Shown here piece by piece: positions 38,370 through 47,939 of a DNA stretch of 64,000 bases (positions are counted from its first letter, which is position 1; each line of letters opens with the position of its first letter). Source of the stretch: Vulcanimicrobiaceae bacterium (GTDB lineage Bacteria > Vulcanimicrobiota > Vulcanimicrobiia > Vulcanimicrobiales > Vulcanimicrobiaceae); the NCBI GenBank assembly GCA_035650875.1, contig DASRGU010000013.1, forward strand, positions 14,495 through 78,494, read 5' to 3'. The position numbers and the translations under genes were made by a program. A model generated the notes under the pieces. The model made no database searches, had not been told where the DNA came from, and worked only from the letters and a program-made list of their open reading frames with translations.

Positions 38370-39243
38370 GAAACGGTCGGCCGTCTTGAGTCTCCCGCTC
38401 GCCGGGCTGCTCGCGCGAGCGGCGTGCGCGGACGCGCCGCTGCCCGTGGTCGCGGCCGAGGACATGTGGGGAAGCATCGCGGCGCAGCTCGGCGGCGCAC
38501 GCGCGGCCGTGACCAGCATCGTGACCGACCCGAACGCCGACCCGCACGACTACGAAGCGACCGTCGCCACCGCCCGAGCGTTCGCACAGGCCCGCTACGT
38601 CATCCTCAACGGCGCCGGATACGACGCCTGGGCGCAGCACCTCGTTGCCGGCGATGCGTCCCGCGTCCAAAAGGTGCTCACCGTCGCCGACGTCGTGGAC
38701 CGGGCGCCCGGAGCCAACCCGCATTTTTGGTACGATCCGGCGTACGTCGAACGTGTGGCGGACCGCATCGCCGAAGATCTCGCGCGCCTCGATCCGCCCG
38801 GCGCGGCGTATTACCGCAGCCGGCGGGCCGCCCTGCGTCGCGCGCTGGAGCCGTATCACGCGCGCATCCGCGCTATCCGTGCGTTCGCCGCGGGGCTGCC
38901 GGTCGGAGCGACGGAGACGGTCTTCGTCTACCTCGCCGCCGCGCTCGGCCTGCGCCTGATCTCCCCGCCGGCGTTCATGGAGGCGATCAACGACGGCACC
39001 GAGCCGCCGATGGATGCGGTCGTCGCGATGATGCATCAGATCGCCGAGCGGCGCATTCGCCTCCTCGCGTACAACGTGCAGACCGTCACGGCGGTCACGA
39101 CGAACCTGCGGCGTCTCGCGGCGGAGCACGGCGTGCCGGTGGTCGGAATCTCGGAGACGATCGTCCCCCCCGGCGCGACGTTCCAGCGCTGGCAATCGGC
39201 GCAGCTCGACGAGATCCGCGCGGCGCTGCGACGCGCGGCGTGA
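38368..39243 (+). CDS. znuA: Zn/Mn ABC transporter substrate-binding protein
   Basis: DPHDYE, NPHFWYDP; cluster A-I binding protein. Confidence 0.88.
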   Translation: MKRSAVLSLPLAGLLARAACADAPLPVVAAEDMWGSIAAQLGGARAAVTSIVTDPNADPHDYEATVATARAFAQARYVILNGAGYDAWAQHLVAGDASRVQKVLTVADVVDRAPGANPHFWYDPAYVERVADRIAEDLARLDPPGAAYYRSRRAALRRALEPYHARIRAIRAFAAGLPVGATETVFVYLAAALGLRLISPPAFMEAINDGTEPPMDAVVAMMHQIAERRIRLLAYNVQTVTAVTTNLRRLAAEHGVPVVGISETIVPPGATFQRWQSAQLDEIRAALRRAA

Positions 39244-39941
39244 CGTCCTTGGTGGCCTTCCGAGACGCCGGCGTGGCGTATGCCGGACGCTGGGTCTGGC
39301 GCGGTGCGACGTTCTCCGTGGCACCCGGCGAGTTCGTCGCGGTGATCGGTCCGAACGGCGCGGGCAAGACGACGCTGCTCAAGGCCGCGCTGGGCGCGAT
39401 CGCCCCGACCGAAGGCAGCGTGCTGATCGACGGCGCGCCGCCGAGACGCGGAACGGTACGGATCGGCTATGCGCCGCAGATTCGTCCCGTCGCCGAGACC
39501 GGCGGTATCCGGAGCAGCGACGTCGTCCGGTTCGGCGTCGACGGGCACCGCTGGGGCTTGCCCCTTCCCGGTCGCCGGAGCAGCGTTGCGCGAGAGCGGG
39601 TCGACGAAGCGCTCGCGAGCGTCGGGGCGACGGCGTACGCGTCGCGCCGCACCGGCGAACTGTCGGGCGGCGAGCTGCAGCGTGTGATGCTCGCGCAGGC
39701 GCTCGTGCGCCGGCCCCGCCTGCTCGTGCTCGACGAGCCCGTCGCGAACCTGGACCTCGCAAGCCGCGCGGAGTTCATCGCGCTCGTCGCCGGGCTCGCC
39801 CGCGACGGCGGCGTCGCGGTGCTGTTCGTGACGCACGACCTCTACGGGCTGCGGCCGTCGCTGGACGGCGTCGTGCGCGTCGCGGGCGGCCGGGTCGACA
39901 CGGGCCCGCCCGAGGCGCTCCTGCCCGGTGACGCGCCGTGA
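39240..39941 (+). CDS. znuC: Metal ABC transporter ATP-binding protein
   Basis: GPNGAGKTT, LSGGELQR, LDEP. Confidence 0.9.
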   Translation: MTSLVAFRDAGVAYAGRWVWRGATFSVAPGEFVAVIGPNGAGKTTLLKAALGAIAPTEGSVLIDGAPPRRGTVRIGYAPQIRPVAETGGIRSSDVVRFGVDGHRWGLPLPGRRSSVARERVDEALASVGATAYASRRTGELSGGELQRVMLAQALVRRPRLLVLDEPVANLDLASRAEFIALVAGLARDGGVAVLFVTHDLYGLRPSLDGVVRVAGGRVDTGPPEALLPGDAP

Positions 39942-40852
39942 CGGCGGCCGCCGCGCACCTGCTGCATCCCCTCGGCGCGATGTTCGCCTACCCGTTCTTC
40001 CGCCATGCGTTCGTCGCGGGCACCGTCGTCGCCATCGCAGCCGGCGCCGTGGGCTATTTCGTGGTGCTGCGCGGGCTCGCGTTCGCCGCGCACGCCCTCT
40101 CGCACGTCGGCTTCGCAGGCGCTGCGGGTGCCGTGGTCATCGGGATCCCGGCGGTCGACGGGCTGCTCGCGTTCACGGGCGCGGGCGCCGTGGCGATGGG
40201 ACTGTTGGGGGATCGCCTCCGCGGGCGCGACGTCTCCATCGGAATCGTCCTGGCCTGGACGCTCGGCCTCGGGGTCCTCTTCATGTCGCTGTACCACGGC
40301 AACGCGACGGGCGCGTACGCGTTGCTCTTCGGAGAGATCCTCGGCGTGAGCCCCGCGAGCCTCATCGTCACGACGGTGGCGTCGGTCGCGGCGCTCGCGG
40401 CGCTTGCGGTTGCCTACCGTCCGCTGCTCTACGCGTCGATCGACCCCGACGGGGCGTTCGTCAGCGGCGTGCCGGTGCGGATCGTCGGCGTGGTGTTCAT
40501 GCTCGTGCTCGCGATCGCCGTTTCGGCGGCGGCGCAGGTGGTCGGCGTGCTGCTGATCTTCACGCTGCTCGTGGCGCCTGCCGCGGTCGCGGATCGCCTC
40601 ACGGCGCGGCCGCTCCTCGCGATCCTCCTGGCCGTCGTCTGCGCGCTGGGATTCACGTGGGCGGGGCTCGTGTGCGCCTTCTTCGTGCCGTTCCCGGTGA
40701 GCTTCTTCATCACTTCGTTCGCGTTCGGCACCTACGTCGTCGTGCGGTGTCTGCCGCAACCACGCTTCGCTTTCAACGCAAGGAAACTCCCATGGCCACG
40801 CTTTCGGCGCCGCCGGAACAGCGGGACGCACGCGTCCCGGTCACCGTTCTAA
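39938..40852 (+). CDS. znuB: Metal ABC transporter permease
   Basis: GYFVVLRGLAFAAHALSHVGFAG, QVVGVLLIFTLLVAPA; tail overlaps the next gene by 61 nt. Confidence 0.88.
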   Translation: MTAAAAHLLHPLGAMFAYPFFRHAFVAGTVVAIAAGAVGYFVVLRGLAFAAHALSHVGFAGAAGAVVIGIPAVDGLLAFTGAGAVAMGLLGDRLRGRDVSIGIVLAWTLGLGVLFMSLYHGNATGAYALLFGEILGVSPASLIVTTVASVAALAALAVAYRPLLYASIDPDGAFVSGVPVRIVGVVFMLVLAIAVSAAAQVVGVLLIFTLLVAPAAVADRLTARPLLAILLAVVCALGFTWAGLVCAFFVPFPVSFFITSFAFGTYVVVRCLPQPRFAFNARKLPWPRFRRRRNSGTHASRSPF

Positions 40853-41073
40853 CCGGCTTTCTCGCCTCTGGAAAGACGACGCTGCTCAATCGCATCCTGA
40901 CCGAGAATCACGGGAAGCGCATCGCCGTGATCGAGAACGAGTTCGTCGAGATCGGAATCGATCACGGGCTCGTCGTCGGCGCCGACGAGGAGATCTTCGA
41001 GATGAACAACGGGTGCATCTGCTGCACCGTGCGCGGCGACCTCATCCGCATCATCGGCGATCTCATGCGGCGG
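40792..41073 (+). pseudogene. COG0523/CobW-family GTPase, N-terminal fragment only
   Basis: AAGGA SD; VPVTVLTGFLASGKTT, ENEFVE, NNGCICCTVRGDL, then homology stops. Confidence 0.85.
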
Positions 41074-41269
41074 CAATCTGCTCGCGTCCGCTTCGACGGA
41101 CGGTGCGCTCGCGATCTGGGAGCCGTCGGTGAAGAACGAACCGGTCGAGTCGCTCGATCCCGACGACGTGACGGTCGCCGCGCTTGCCTGCACGCTCGGC
41201 GACGACCTGCTCGTCGGCCGGCAGGACGGCCGGGTCACCGCCTGGGACGCTCTTCACGCTTGCCGCTGA
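41072..41269 (+). pseudogene. WD40-repeat protein C-terminal remnant
   Basis: Shifted frame: GNLLASASTDGALAIWEP...LLVGRQDGRVTAWD...*. Confidence 0.65.
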
Positions 41270-41320
41270 CGCCGGCCGCGTCGCAAAGGGGGTACAACCC
41301 GAACGGGGGATCCGGAGGGC

Positions 41321-41674
41321 ATGGGTATGCGCGAGCATCACGTTCACGACACGCACGATCACGAGCACGGCGATGCGTGCGGACACACGGCGGTGCAGCA
41401 CGAGGGGCACACCGACTACCTGCACGAGGGCCATCTCCACCATGCGCACGAGGGCCACGTCGACGAGCACAACGTTGCGGTCACGACGCACAATCCCAAC
41501 GCCTGCGAGGCCGGCCACGCCTGCGCCGGCCACGACGCCGCGCACGCGCACGGCGAAGGTTGCGGGCATCAAGCCGTGCCGCACGGCGACCACGTCGATT
41601 ACCTGGTGTCAGGGCACCTGCACCGGCAGCACGAGCGGCACTGCGACGACCACGGACGCCTCACCCCAGCGTAG
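41321..41674 (+). CDS. His-rich putative metal-binding protein with duplicated HG..CGH..DY..GHLH motif
   Basis: GGAGG SD; two internal repeats. Confidence 0.8.
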   Translation: MGMREHHVHDTHDHEHGDACGHTAVQHEGHTDYLHEGHLHHAHEGHVDEHNVAVTTHNPNACEAGHACAGHDAAHAHGEGCGHQAVPHGDHVDYLVSGHLHRQHERHCDDHGRLTPA

Positions 41675-42084
41675 CCGGCGCCGGAACATCATGCCATCGA
41701 GCGATCGTCCGGCGCGCGCAGCCCGAGTGGAGCTGCGCCGAGCGTAGCGCGTCGTCGCTGTTCAGCATCTCGTGCGCACGTTCGCGATCGCGTCGTTGCG
41801 AGCGATCGCGGTCATCGCTTCGGTCACCCGGCGCGTGATTCTCCCTCCGGCACCGTGGCTGAATCTGCCGGTCATCGCGCCCACGGCGGCGACGGACGCC
41901 TCACGAGGTCGCCGTGGAGTCACGCTCAAGCTGGCGGAGCTCGGGTGGAAGCGTCACGCGCTCGCCGTCCTCCACCTCAGCATCGTACGGGAGGCGAGAG
42001 GACTTGTCTAGGACATAAGCTCGCCGGAAACGAGCGGCGCCCGCGCAAGAGCCGCTCGCGCGTCACGACGTTCTGCCCATCCGC

Positions 42085-42492
42085 TTATGCGCGCCGCTGC
42101 TCTCTGAAGATCACGCGGTACGAGCTCTCCTCGGTGCGGGTTCCCGAACGGAAGAGACCTACGACGATGTCCTGCACGACGGTATCCCATTGCGCGCCGG
42201 CCCAGTCGTCACGCGCTGCCCATTCGGTGACGACGCAGAGGTCAGTCGTGTCGAGGCCCTGCAAAATCGTCGCCCGATGAAACCCGGGCAGCCTCGTCAA
42301 GGCGTCATCAATCTTTGAGCGGAATTCGCGGAGAATCTCGTCGCCGGGGACCGCCTCGCCCGCGACGATGAGCGTGTGGACGAAGCCATTCCCTACGGCA
42401 TCGTCGCCTGCGGTCTGGTGCATTCTCGGAAGTTCGCGTCTCGCCACAGCCGCTCCGGCCGGTCGCGCATCCATGTGCGCGCAAAGATTCAT
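42085..42492 (-). CDS. ABM-like (dimeric alpha+beta barrel) protein; start uncertain
   Basis: PGFHRATILQGLD..LCVVTEWAARDDW. Confidence 0.55.
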   Translation of the reverse strand: MNLCAHMDARPAGAAVARRELPRMHQTAGDDAVGNGFVHTLIVAGEAVPGDEILREFRSKIDDALTRLPGFHRATILQGLDTTDLCVVTEWAARDDWAGAQWDTVVQDIVVGLFRSGTRTEESSYRVIFREQRRA

Positions 42493-42580
42493 CGGGTCTC
42501 CGGGCGCGATATGCGGCGCCCGCGCAAGAGCACGCGCGCCGTGAATTTCGTTCGGCGATCGCACGCGCCGTGCGCGGAAG

Positions 42581-43375
42581 CTAGCCGAAGCGAAAACCCG
42601 AGATCGGCTTGCCCATGGCGTGCCCGGAGAAGGCAACTTCGCCCGCTTCGCCGGGCGCCGCGCCGGCGGCGACCATGAGCGGCAGCAGATGCTCCTCGCG
42701 CGGATGTGCGCTCCGCGCGCCCGGCGCGCGCGACCAATCGGTGAGCGAACCCTCTCGCGTCCGGGGATCCGTCATCGCGCCGCGCAGCCACGCATCGAAC
42801 GCTTCCGCGCCGGGGTCGGTTCGGTCGCCGCCGAGCGCAAAGCCGCGCATGTTGTGATAGCTCTGGCCGCTGCCGATGATCAAGACGCGCTCGTCGCGCA
42901 ACGGCTTGAGCGCGCGACCAACGGCGAGATGCGTTTCGGGATCCAGGCCGCGCTGGAGCGACAGCTGCACGACCGGAATGTCTGCGGCCGGAAACATGAC
43001 TTTCATCGGCACGAACACACCGTGGTCCCAGCCGCGACGAACGTCCTCGCCGCTTTCGATCCCAGCCTTGTGCAGCAGGTCGCGCAGTTCCGAGGCGAGC
43101 GCCGGGGCGCCCGGCGCCGGCCACTGCAACTGATACATCGCCTCGGGAAAACCGCCGTAATCGAACAGCAGGGGCGGCGCCGCGCCGGCGTTGACGGTCG
43201 GCCGATCCTCTTCCCAGTGCCCGGAGACGACGACGATCGCGCGTGGCCGCTCGGGCAGGGTGCTCGCGAATGCTCGCAGGTATTCCTCGAGCCCGCTCCA
43301 CGCATCGCGCATGGGACCCGGCGGAAGGAAGAAGCACGGGCCGCCCCCGTGGTTGATGAAGTACGTTGGCATCAT
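42581..43375 (-). CDS. Class III extradiol dioxygenase (DODA/YgiD-like)
   Basis: FINHGGGP, VSGHWE, RGWDHGVFVP, GSGQSYHN, AHPREEHLLPL. Confidence 0.9.
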   Translation of the reverse strand: MMPTYFINHGGGPCFFLPPGPMRDAWSGLEEYLRAFASTLPERPRAIVVVSGHWEEDRPTVNAGAAPPLLFDYGGFPEAMYQLQWPAPGAPALASELRDLLHKAGIESGEDVRRGWDHGVFVPMKVMFPAADIPVVQLSLQRGLDPETHLAVGRALKPLRDERVLIIGSGQSYHNMRGFALGGDRTDPGAEAFDAWLRGAMTDPRTREGSLTDWSRAPGARSAHPREEHLLPLMVAAGAAPGEAGEVAFSGHAMGKPISGFRFG

Positions 43376-43547
43376 GCGGCGTATCTCGGTCCGACGAACG
43401 CGCGATGGTCGTAGGCGACGACGATCCGCAAGACGCTTCCGCTTCCTCCGTCGACAAACCCGTTCCGTTTGGCGACAGCTCCGTGAAGGGCGTTTACCGT
43501 CACGAGGGGACCGGCGCGAGGGCTCCGTCGCTCGCGGTCGCGTGCGG

Positions 43548-44141
43548 TCACGGCGAAGGCGTTTTCCGCCGAGGGCGGGACCCCGACCCAAGCGCCGCGA
43601 TGTGGTCGAAGCCCTCACGCACGATCTCGACGAGGTCGCGTTGCTGCGCCTCGTCGAGCCAGCGGCTGAAGGCGACGTAGAACACCGCGACCGCTACGTC
43701 GGCATTCAAACTCGCCTCGGGTTCCGGCATGCCTCGGCGCCGCATCGCTTCGGCGAGAGCACGCGTCAGCGCCGCGCGCTTTGCGTGATCGCGCTCTTGC
43801 AGCTCCGGGTGCGCGGCGATGATGGCCCTCCGCTCCCGGGCAAGGTCGCGCCGGCCGCGCATGTGGCCGGCGATGGTTTCGACGGCAATCCGCATGGCAT
43901 CCATCGCGGAGCCGCCCTTCGGAAGGCTGTCGAGGGCGCGTACCAGCTCGGCCTCGAGGAAGGCGGCGCCGCCGAATAGGACCTCGCGCTTGTCGGCATA
44001 GTGCCGAAAGAACGTCCGCTCGGTGAGCCCTGCGCGCGCCGAAATCTCGGCAACGGTCGTTCGATCGTAGCCTTGATCCCGGAAGAGCTCGTAGGCCGCC
44101 TGCTCCAGGCGGCCGCGCGCGTCAGGCTGCCATCGGCCCAC
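43548..44141 (-). CDS. TetR/AcrR family regulator
   Basis: GRWQPDARGRLEQAAYELF, GLTERTFFRHYADKREVLF. Confidence 0.92.
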   Translation of the reverse strand: MGRWQPDARGRLEQAAYELFRDQGYDRTTVAEISARAGLTERTFFRHYADKREVLFGGAAFLEAELVRALDSLPKGGSAMDAMRIAVETIAGHMRGRRDLARERRAIIAAHPELQERDHAKRAALTRALAEAMRRRGMPEPEASLNADVAVAVFYVAFSRWLDEAQQRDLVEIVREGFDHIAALGSGSRPRRKTPSP

Positions 44142-44220
44142 ATCGTTATCATACATGATGACAGCGCCTGACATGCGTGCTATAGCGATGTCAGTAACTG
44201 TCGTCACGAAGGGAGCGAGG

Positions 44221-45126
44221 ATGCGCGTTTTCCTCACCGGCTCGACCGGATGGGTCGGGTCCGCCGTCGCCGAGGAGCTCAAAGGCGCGGGCCATACCGT
44301 CATCGGGCTGGCACGCTCGGATGCGAGCGCCGCGGCCCTCGAGCGCGCCGGGGTCGCGGTTCACCGTGGGAGTCTCGAAGACGTCGAGAGCCTCCGCGCC
44401 GGCGCCGCCGCGGCAGACGCGGTGATTCACACGGCGTTCAACCATGACTTCTCTCGCTTCGCCGACAATGCTGAGGTCGAGCGTCGCGCGATCGCAGCAT
44501 TGGCTGCGCCGCTCGAGGGCAGCGCGCGACCGTTGATCGTCACGTCGGGAATGGCCCTGATTGCGCCGGGCCGGATCGTGACGGAGGACGATGTGCGCGA
44601 TGCGACGTCCGTGCCGTTTCCGCGCGACCCGGAGACCGTCGCAGCAGCCGCAGCGTCCCGCGGCGTGCGCGTGTCCGTCGTTCGGCTTCCGCCGTCGGTC
44701 CACGGTGCCGGCGAGCAGCATGGCTTTCTTCCGAGGGTCATCGCGGCCGCCCGCGAGCACGGCGCGTCCGCGTACATCGCGGACGGAAGCAATCGCTGGT
44801 CCGGGGTGCACCGGCAGGATGCGGCGCGCGTATTTCGCCTCGCGCTCGAACGAGCCGCCGACCGCGCGATCTATCACGCGAGCGCGGACGAGGGCGTGCC
44901 GTTCCGCGACATCGCGGCGACGATCGCACGCCGCCTACACGTGCCGGTCGTCAGCAAAGACGGCGCTGACGTAGATGCGCATTTCGGCTGGTTCGCCCGC
45001 TTTGCGGCGATCGATGCGCCGGCGTCGAGCGCGAAAACACGGCGTACGCTCGGGTGGCATCCGACGCACCCGTCGCTGCTCGATGACCTCGAGGACGACT
45101 CGTACTACGTCTCGCGCGCCGCGTAA
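44221..45126 (+). CDS. NAD-dependent epimerase/dehydratase family oxidoreductase
   Basis: MRVFLTGSTGWVG, IHTAFNHDF, VHRQDAA; divergent from TetR. Confidence 0.9.
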   Translation: MRVFLTGSTGWVGSAVAEELKGAGHTVIGLARSDASAAALERAGVAVHRGSLEDVESLRAGAAAADAVIHTAFNHDFSRFADNAEVERRAIAALAAPLEGSARPLIVTSGMALIAPGRIVTEDDVRDATSVPFPRDPETVAAAAASRGVRVSVVRLPPSVHGAGEQHGFLPRVIAAAREHGASAYIADGSNRWSGVHRQDAARVFRLALERAADRAIYHASADEGVPFRDIAATIARRLHVPVVSKDGADVDAHFGWFARFAAIDAPASSAKTRRTLGWHPTHPSLLDDLEDDSYYVSRAA

Positions 45127-45204
45127 GCCGGCCACGGCGCGGCGCCTGAGGATCCGACATCGATGGACCCGCACGACGCTGCGTCGCTGCCGCGAGGGCC
45201 CGCG

Positions 45205-45426
45205 CTACGTTTCGGCGTCGTCGACGGGTTCGAGGTAGACGGCGGAGATGTTGGCCAGCAGACGCTGGTCACCGTCCCGGAGGTCGTAGCGCGGATCGGA
45301 TCCATGCAGGTGGACGGCGACGACCTCGAACTCGTGAGCGGCGGTGAATCTCCCGAGGCGGTTCGTCATGGGGATCGCGAGCCGCACGCGATCCCCAAGG
45401 CCGATGTGCCGCGGTACGAACGTCAC
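45205..45426 (-). CDS. Small hypothetical protein (SH3-like pattern)
   Basis: GTG start overlapping the HdeD stop (GTGA); IGLGDRVRL...FEVVAV. Confidence 0.5.
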   Translation of the reverse strand: MTFVPRHIGLGDRVRLAIPMTNRLGRFTAAHEFEVVAVHLHGSDPRYDLRDGDQRLLANISAVYLEPVDDAET

Positions 45427-45995
45427 GCCGTGACGCGACGGGCGTTCAGCTCGGACCCCGCATTTTTCAGACGGAACGCGAGCATGGCGAGCGCGACCGC
45501 GCCGAGCGTCGCGTACCACCCGATCGTGTAGACGAGCGCGAGGACGCCGATGTCGGGGCGAACGAGCAGCGCGAAGCCGAAGGCGACCGTGATCACGCCC
45601 AAGAGCCCGAGCCAGAACTCACCCCGAACGACGTTCCGCAATGTGATCGCCGCGGCGACTTGGAGCAATCCCGTCGAAACGAGCCACACGGAGAACATGT
45701 ACGCAAGGGCGAGCGGGGCGAGACCTGGTTCGGCGAGCATGATGATTCCCAAGACGCCTTGGGCGAAGCCCATGATGAGCAGCGCCCACCAGCTTCCGCG
45801 GCCGGCGAAACCGACGCCCGCGGCGATCGCACTGGCTCCGCTGACGAGCAGCAGAGCACCGACCGTGTACACCAGTGCGACGGTCATCCATCCGGGCGAC
45901 GCGAACGCGAGAACCGCGACGGCGGCGGCTGCGACCGCGCGGACGAGGAACGTCCACCACCGGCTCGTGACGTTTTCGACGACGTGGTCGAGCAT
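45423..45995 (-). CDS. HdeD/DUF308 membrane protein
   Basis: RWWTFLVRAV, six hydrophobic segments. Confidence 0.85.
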   Translation of the reverse strand: MLDHVVENVTSRWWTFLVRAVAAAAVAVLAFASPGWMTVALVYTVGALLLVSGASAIAAGVGFAGRGSWWALLIMGFAQGVLGIIMLAEPGLAPLALAYMFSVWLVSTGLLQVAAAITLRNVVRGEFWLGLLGVITVAFGFALLVRPDIGVLALVYTIGWYATLGAVALAMLAFRLKNAGSELNARRVTA

Positions 45996-46051
45996 GGCTA
46001 GTTGTTTCCGGCCGGTGCGGGCTTGCGGTTCTCGGAAACCGCTTCGTCGAG

Positions 46052-46405
46052 GTGTTTCAGCGCGTCGCGGACGCGTGCCGCGGCGGCGGTCGCCGCAGCG
46101 TGCATCTCGGCTACTATTCTTGGCTCGAGCAAGGCCGCGAGCTGCTGACGCTGCCGAACTTCGAGCGGCTCTGGCGGACGCACGAAGTGCGCTGCCGCCC
46201 CGCGCCCAAGGAGTACTTTCGGTCCGAGCCGTGGCGGCTGCGGCATCCGGTCGCCGGAGCGCTCGACATGCACCGGCTCGCCTTCAGCGTGCCGACCGCG
46301 CTCCATCGCGAGATCGTCGTGTACAGCGCGGCGGACGAAGCCACGTTTTCGCGGCTGGAGCGACTGGCGGGTCGAAGCGGCGTCGGCGCCCTGCTCCGCG
46401 AGTAG
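46052..46405 (+). pseudogene. MmyB-type XRE regulator remnant with internal deletion
   Basis: YYSWLEQGRE directly joined to PNFERLWRTHEV...RHPVAGAL...VVYSAADEAT. Confidence 0.6.
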
Positions 46406-46629
46406 GCGTCCAGCCGCGACAACGGCCCCGGCTGGAACCGCGCCGATTCGAAACCGCTTGAGGCGGCCACTCCACTTGAATTGCAGGAAAACCACCTAAC
46501 TGCGCGGCTTTCTCTTCGTTAAGCGCGACGTCGGAAGGCGTCTCGCGGCACGATGCCGACCGTTGCACGCTCAGCGATCGGTCGACCGACGCTCATCATG
46601 CGGTTCGCTCGGAATGGGAGGTTCACGTC

Positions 46630-47343
46630 GTGACGGAGGACCCGCGCAAACTGGCCCGGCTGATCGGCGCGCTGTACGCATACATCATGATCGCGGCGAT
46701 GTTCGCCGAAGCGTTCGTCAGAGACAGATTGGTCGTGGCCGGCAACCCCGCCGCTACCGCGCAACGGATCTCTTCCTCCGAAACGCTCTGGCGGTGGGGC
46801 GTGGCAGCGAACGTTTCGACGACGCTGTGCGACGTTGCGGTGGCCGCGTTGCTGTACGTCCTGCTTCGGCCGGCCGGTCGTACCATGTCATGCACAGCCG
46901 CATTTTTCCGGCTCGCATATGCGGCGGCGATGGCGGCGAATGCGGCTTTTCTGGCGGCTCCCCTGTGGCTTCTCCGGAATACGACAGACACGTCGGCGGC
47001 GGATTTGTCCCGGGCTCAGTCGCTCGTCACGTACTCGCTCCGCCTGCAGGGGGCGGGATTCGACGTCGCGCTCGTGTTGTTCGGGGCGCACCTCGTGCTC
47101 GTCGGACTGCTGATCGCCCGCTCGACATTTCTTCCAACCTGGTTGGGGGCGGCCATCGCCGTTGCGGGCGGCTGCTACCTCGCGAACAGCTTCATCGGTT
47201 TCGTCGCTCCCGCGGCGGCATCGAACCTGTTCCCCTGGATTCTGCTTCCCGGACTCTTCGCCGAGGGCGCCCTGACGCTCTGGCTATTGATCACAGGCGT
47301 CAGCGCGCAGCGCTGGAATCTCGCAAACCGCGCATACGACTAG
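46630..47343 (+). CDS. DUF4386 membrane protein
   Basis: ARLIGALY, LVVAGNPAATAQRI, GALTLWLLITGV. Confidence 0.8.
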   Translation: MTEDPRKLARLIGALYAYIMIAAMFAEAFVRDRLVVAGNPAATAQRISSSETLWRWGVAANVSTTLCDVAVAALLYVLLRPAGRTMSCTAAFFRLAYAAAMAANAAFLAAPLWLLRNTTDTSAADLSRAQSLVTYSLRLQGAGFDVALVLFGAHLVLVGLLIARSTFLPTWLGAAIAVAGGCYLANSFIGFVAPAAASNLFPWILLPGLFAEGALTLWLLITGVSAQRWNLANRAYD

Positions 47344-47406
47344 CGACGCCGCCGAACTGGACTGAGCCGTCCCGCTCGTACGGTCGGCGCCGCGGAACGA
47401 CGCCAT

Positions 47407-47703
47407 CTACGGCGACGCCGGCGTTTGCGATCCCGAGTCCGCCGCGTGGGCGCGCGCTTCGCGCAGCGCCCGTTCGATCGGCCATTCGGAGATGGCGAAC
47501 ATGATGCCGAGGACGAGGTTCAGCGGAGAAATCAGCATGAGCAGTCCGAGTGGCGCGGGATACCCGGCCTTCGCGGCGACGCGCGTGCTCACACCCGCCG
47601 CGACGACCGCCGTCGCGGCCAGGGCCGCGATCGCCGGCGGCGGCATCCGCCGGCGCCCCCAGCGCTCGGCTTCGTCATCGTGGTCGCGCTTCTTCCGTCC
47701 CAT
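47407..47703 (-). CDS. Small membrane protein
   Basis: AKAGYPAPLGLLMLISPLNLV...FAISEWP. Confidence 0.55.
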   Translation of the reverse strand: MGRKKRDHDDEAERWGRRRMPPPAIAALAATAVVAAGVSTRVAAKAGYPAPLGLLMLISPLNLVLGIMFAISEWPIERALREARAHAADSGSQTPASP

Positions 47704-47939
47704 CACCGCGGGATACCGGCATTGTCGGCCGCTGTTTCGGGCCGCGCCCGGCTCGTGCATCGCACCGCGCGTCCTCATTGCGCCAAGGCCGGTATACGGG
47801 GCATCTCCAATGCGAAACGATTCTACGCCGACGCCATCGGGCTTCGCCCGGGTGCAATGGTACGCTCGCGGAGCGTGCCCCGCCGCCCCCTCGTGGAAAG
47901 CCCTGCTCGCGTCCCGTCTCGGTCTCGGCGAAGCGCGCG

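Noticed and set aside
41700-42080. Possible gene or transposon remnant
   Set aside because: No frame gives a recognisable protein and no terminal repeats are visible.
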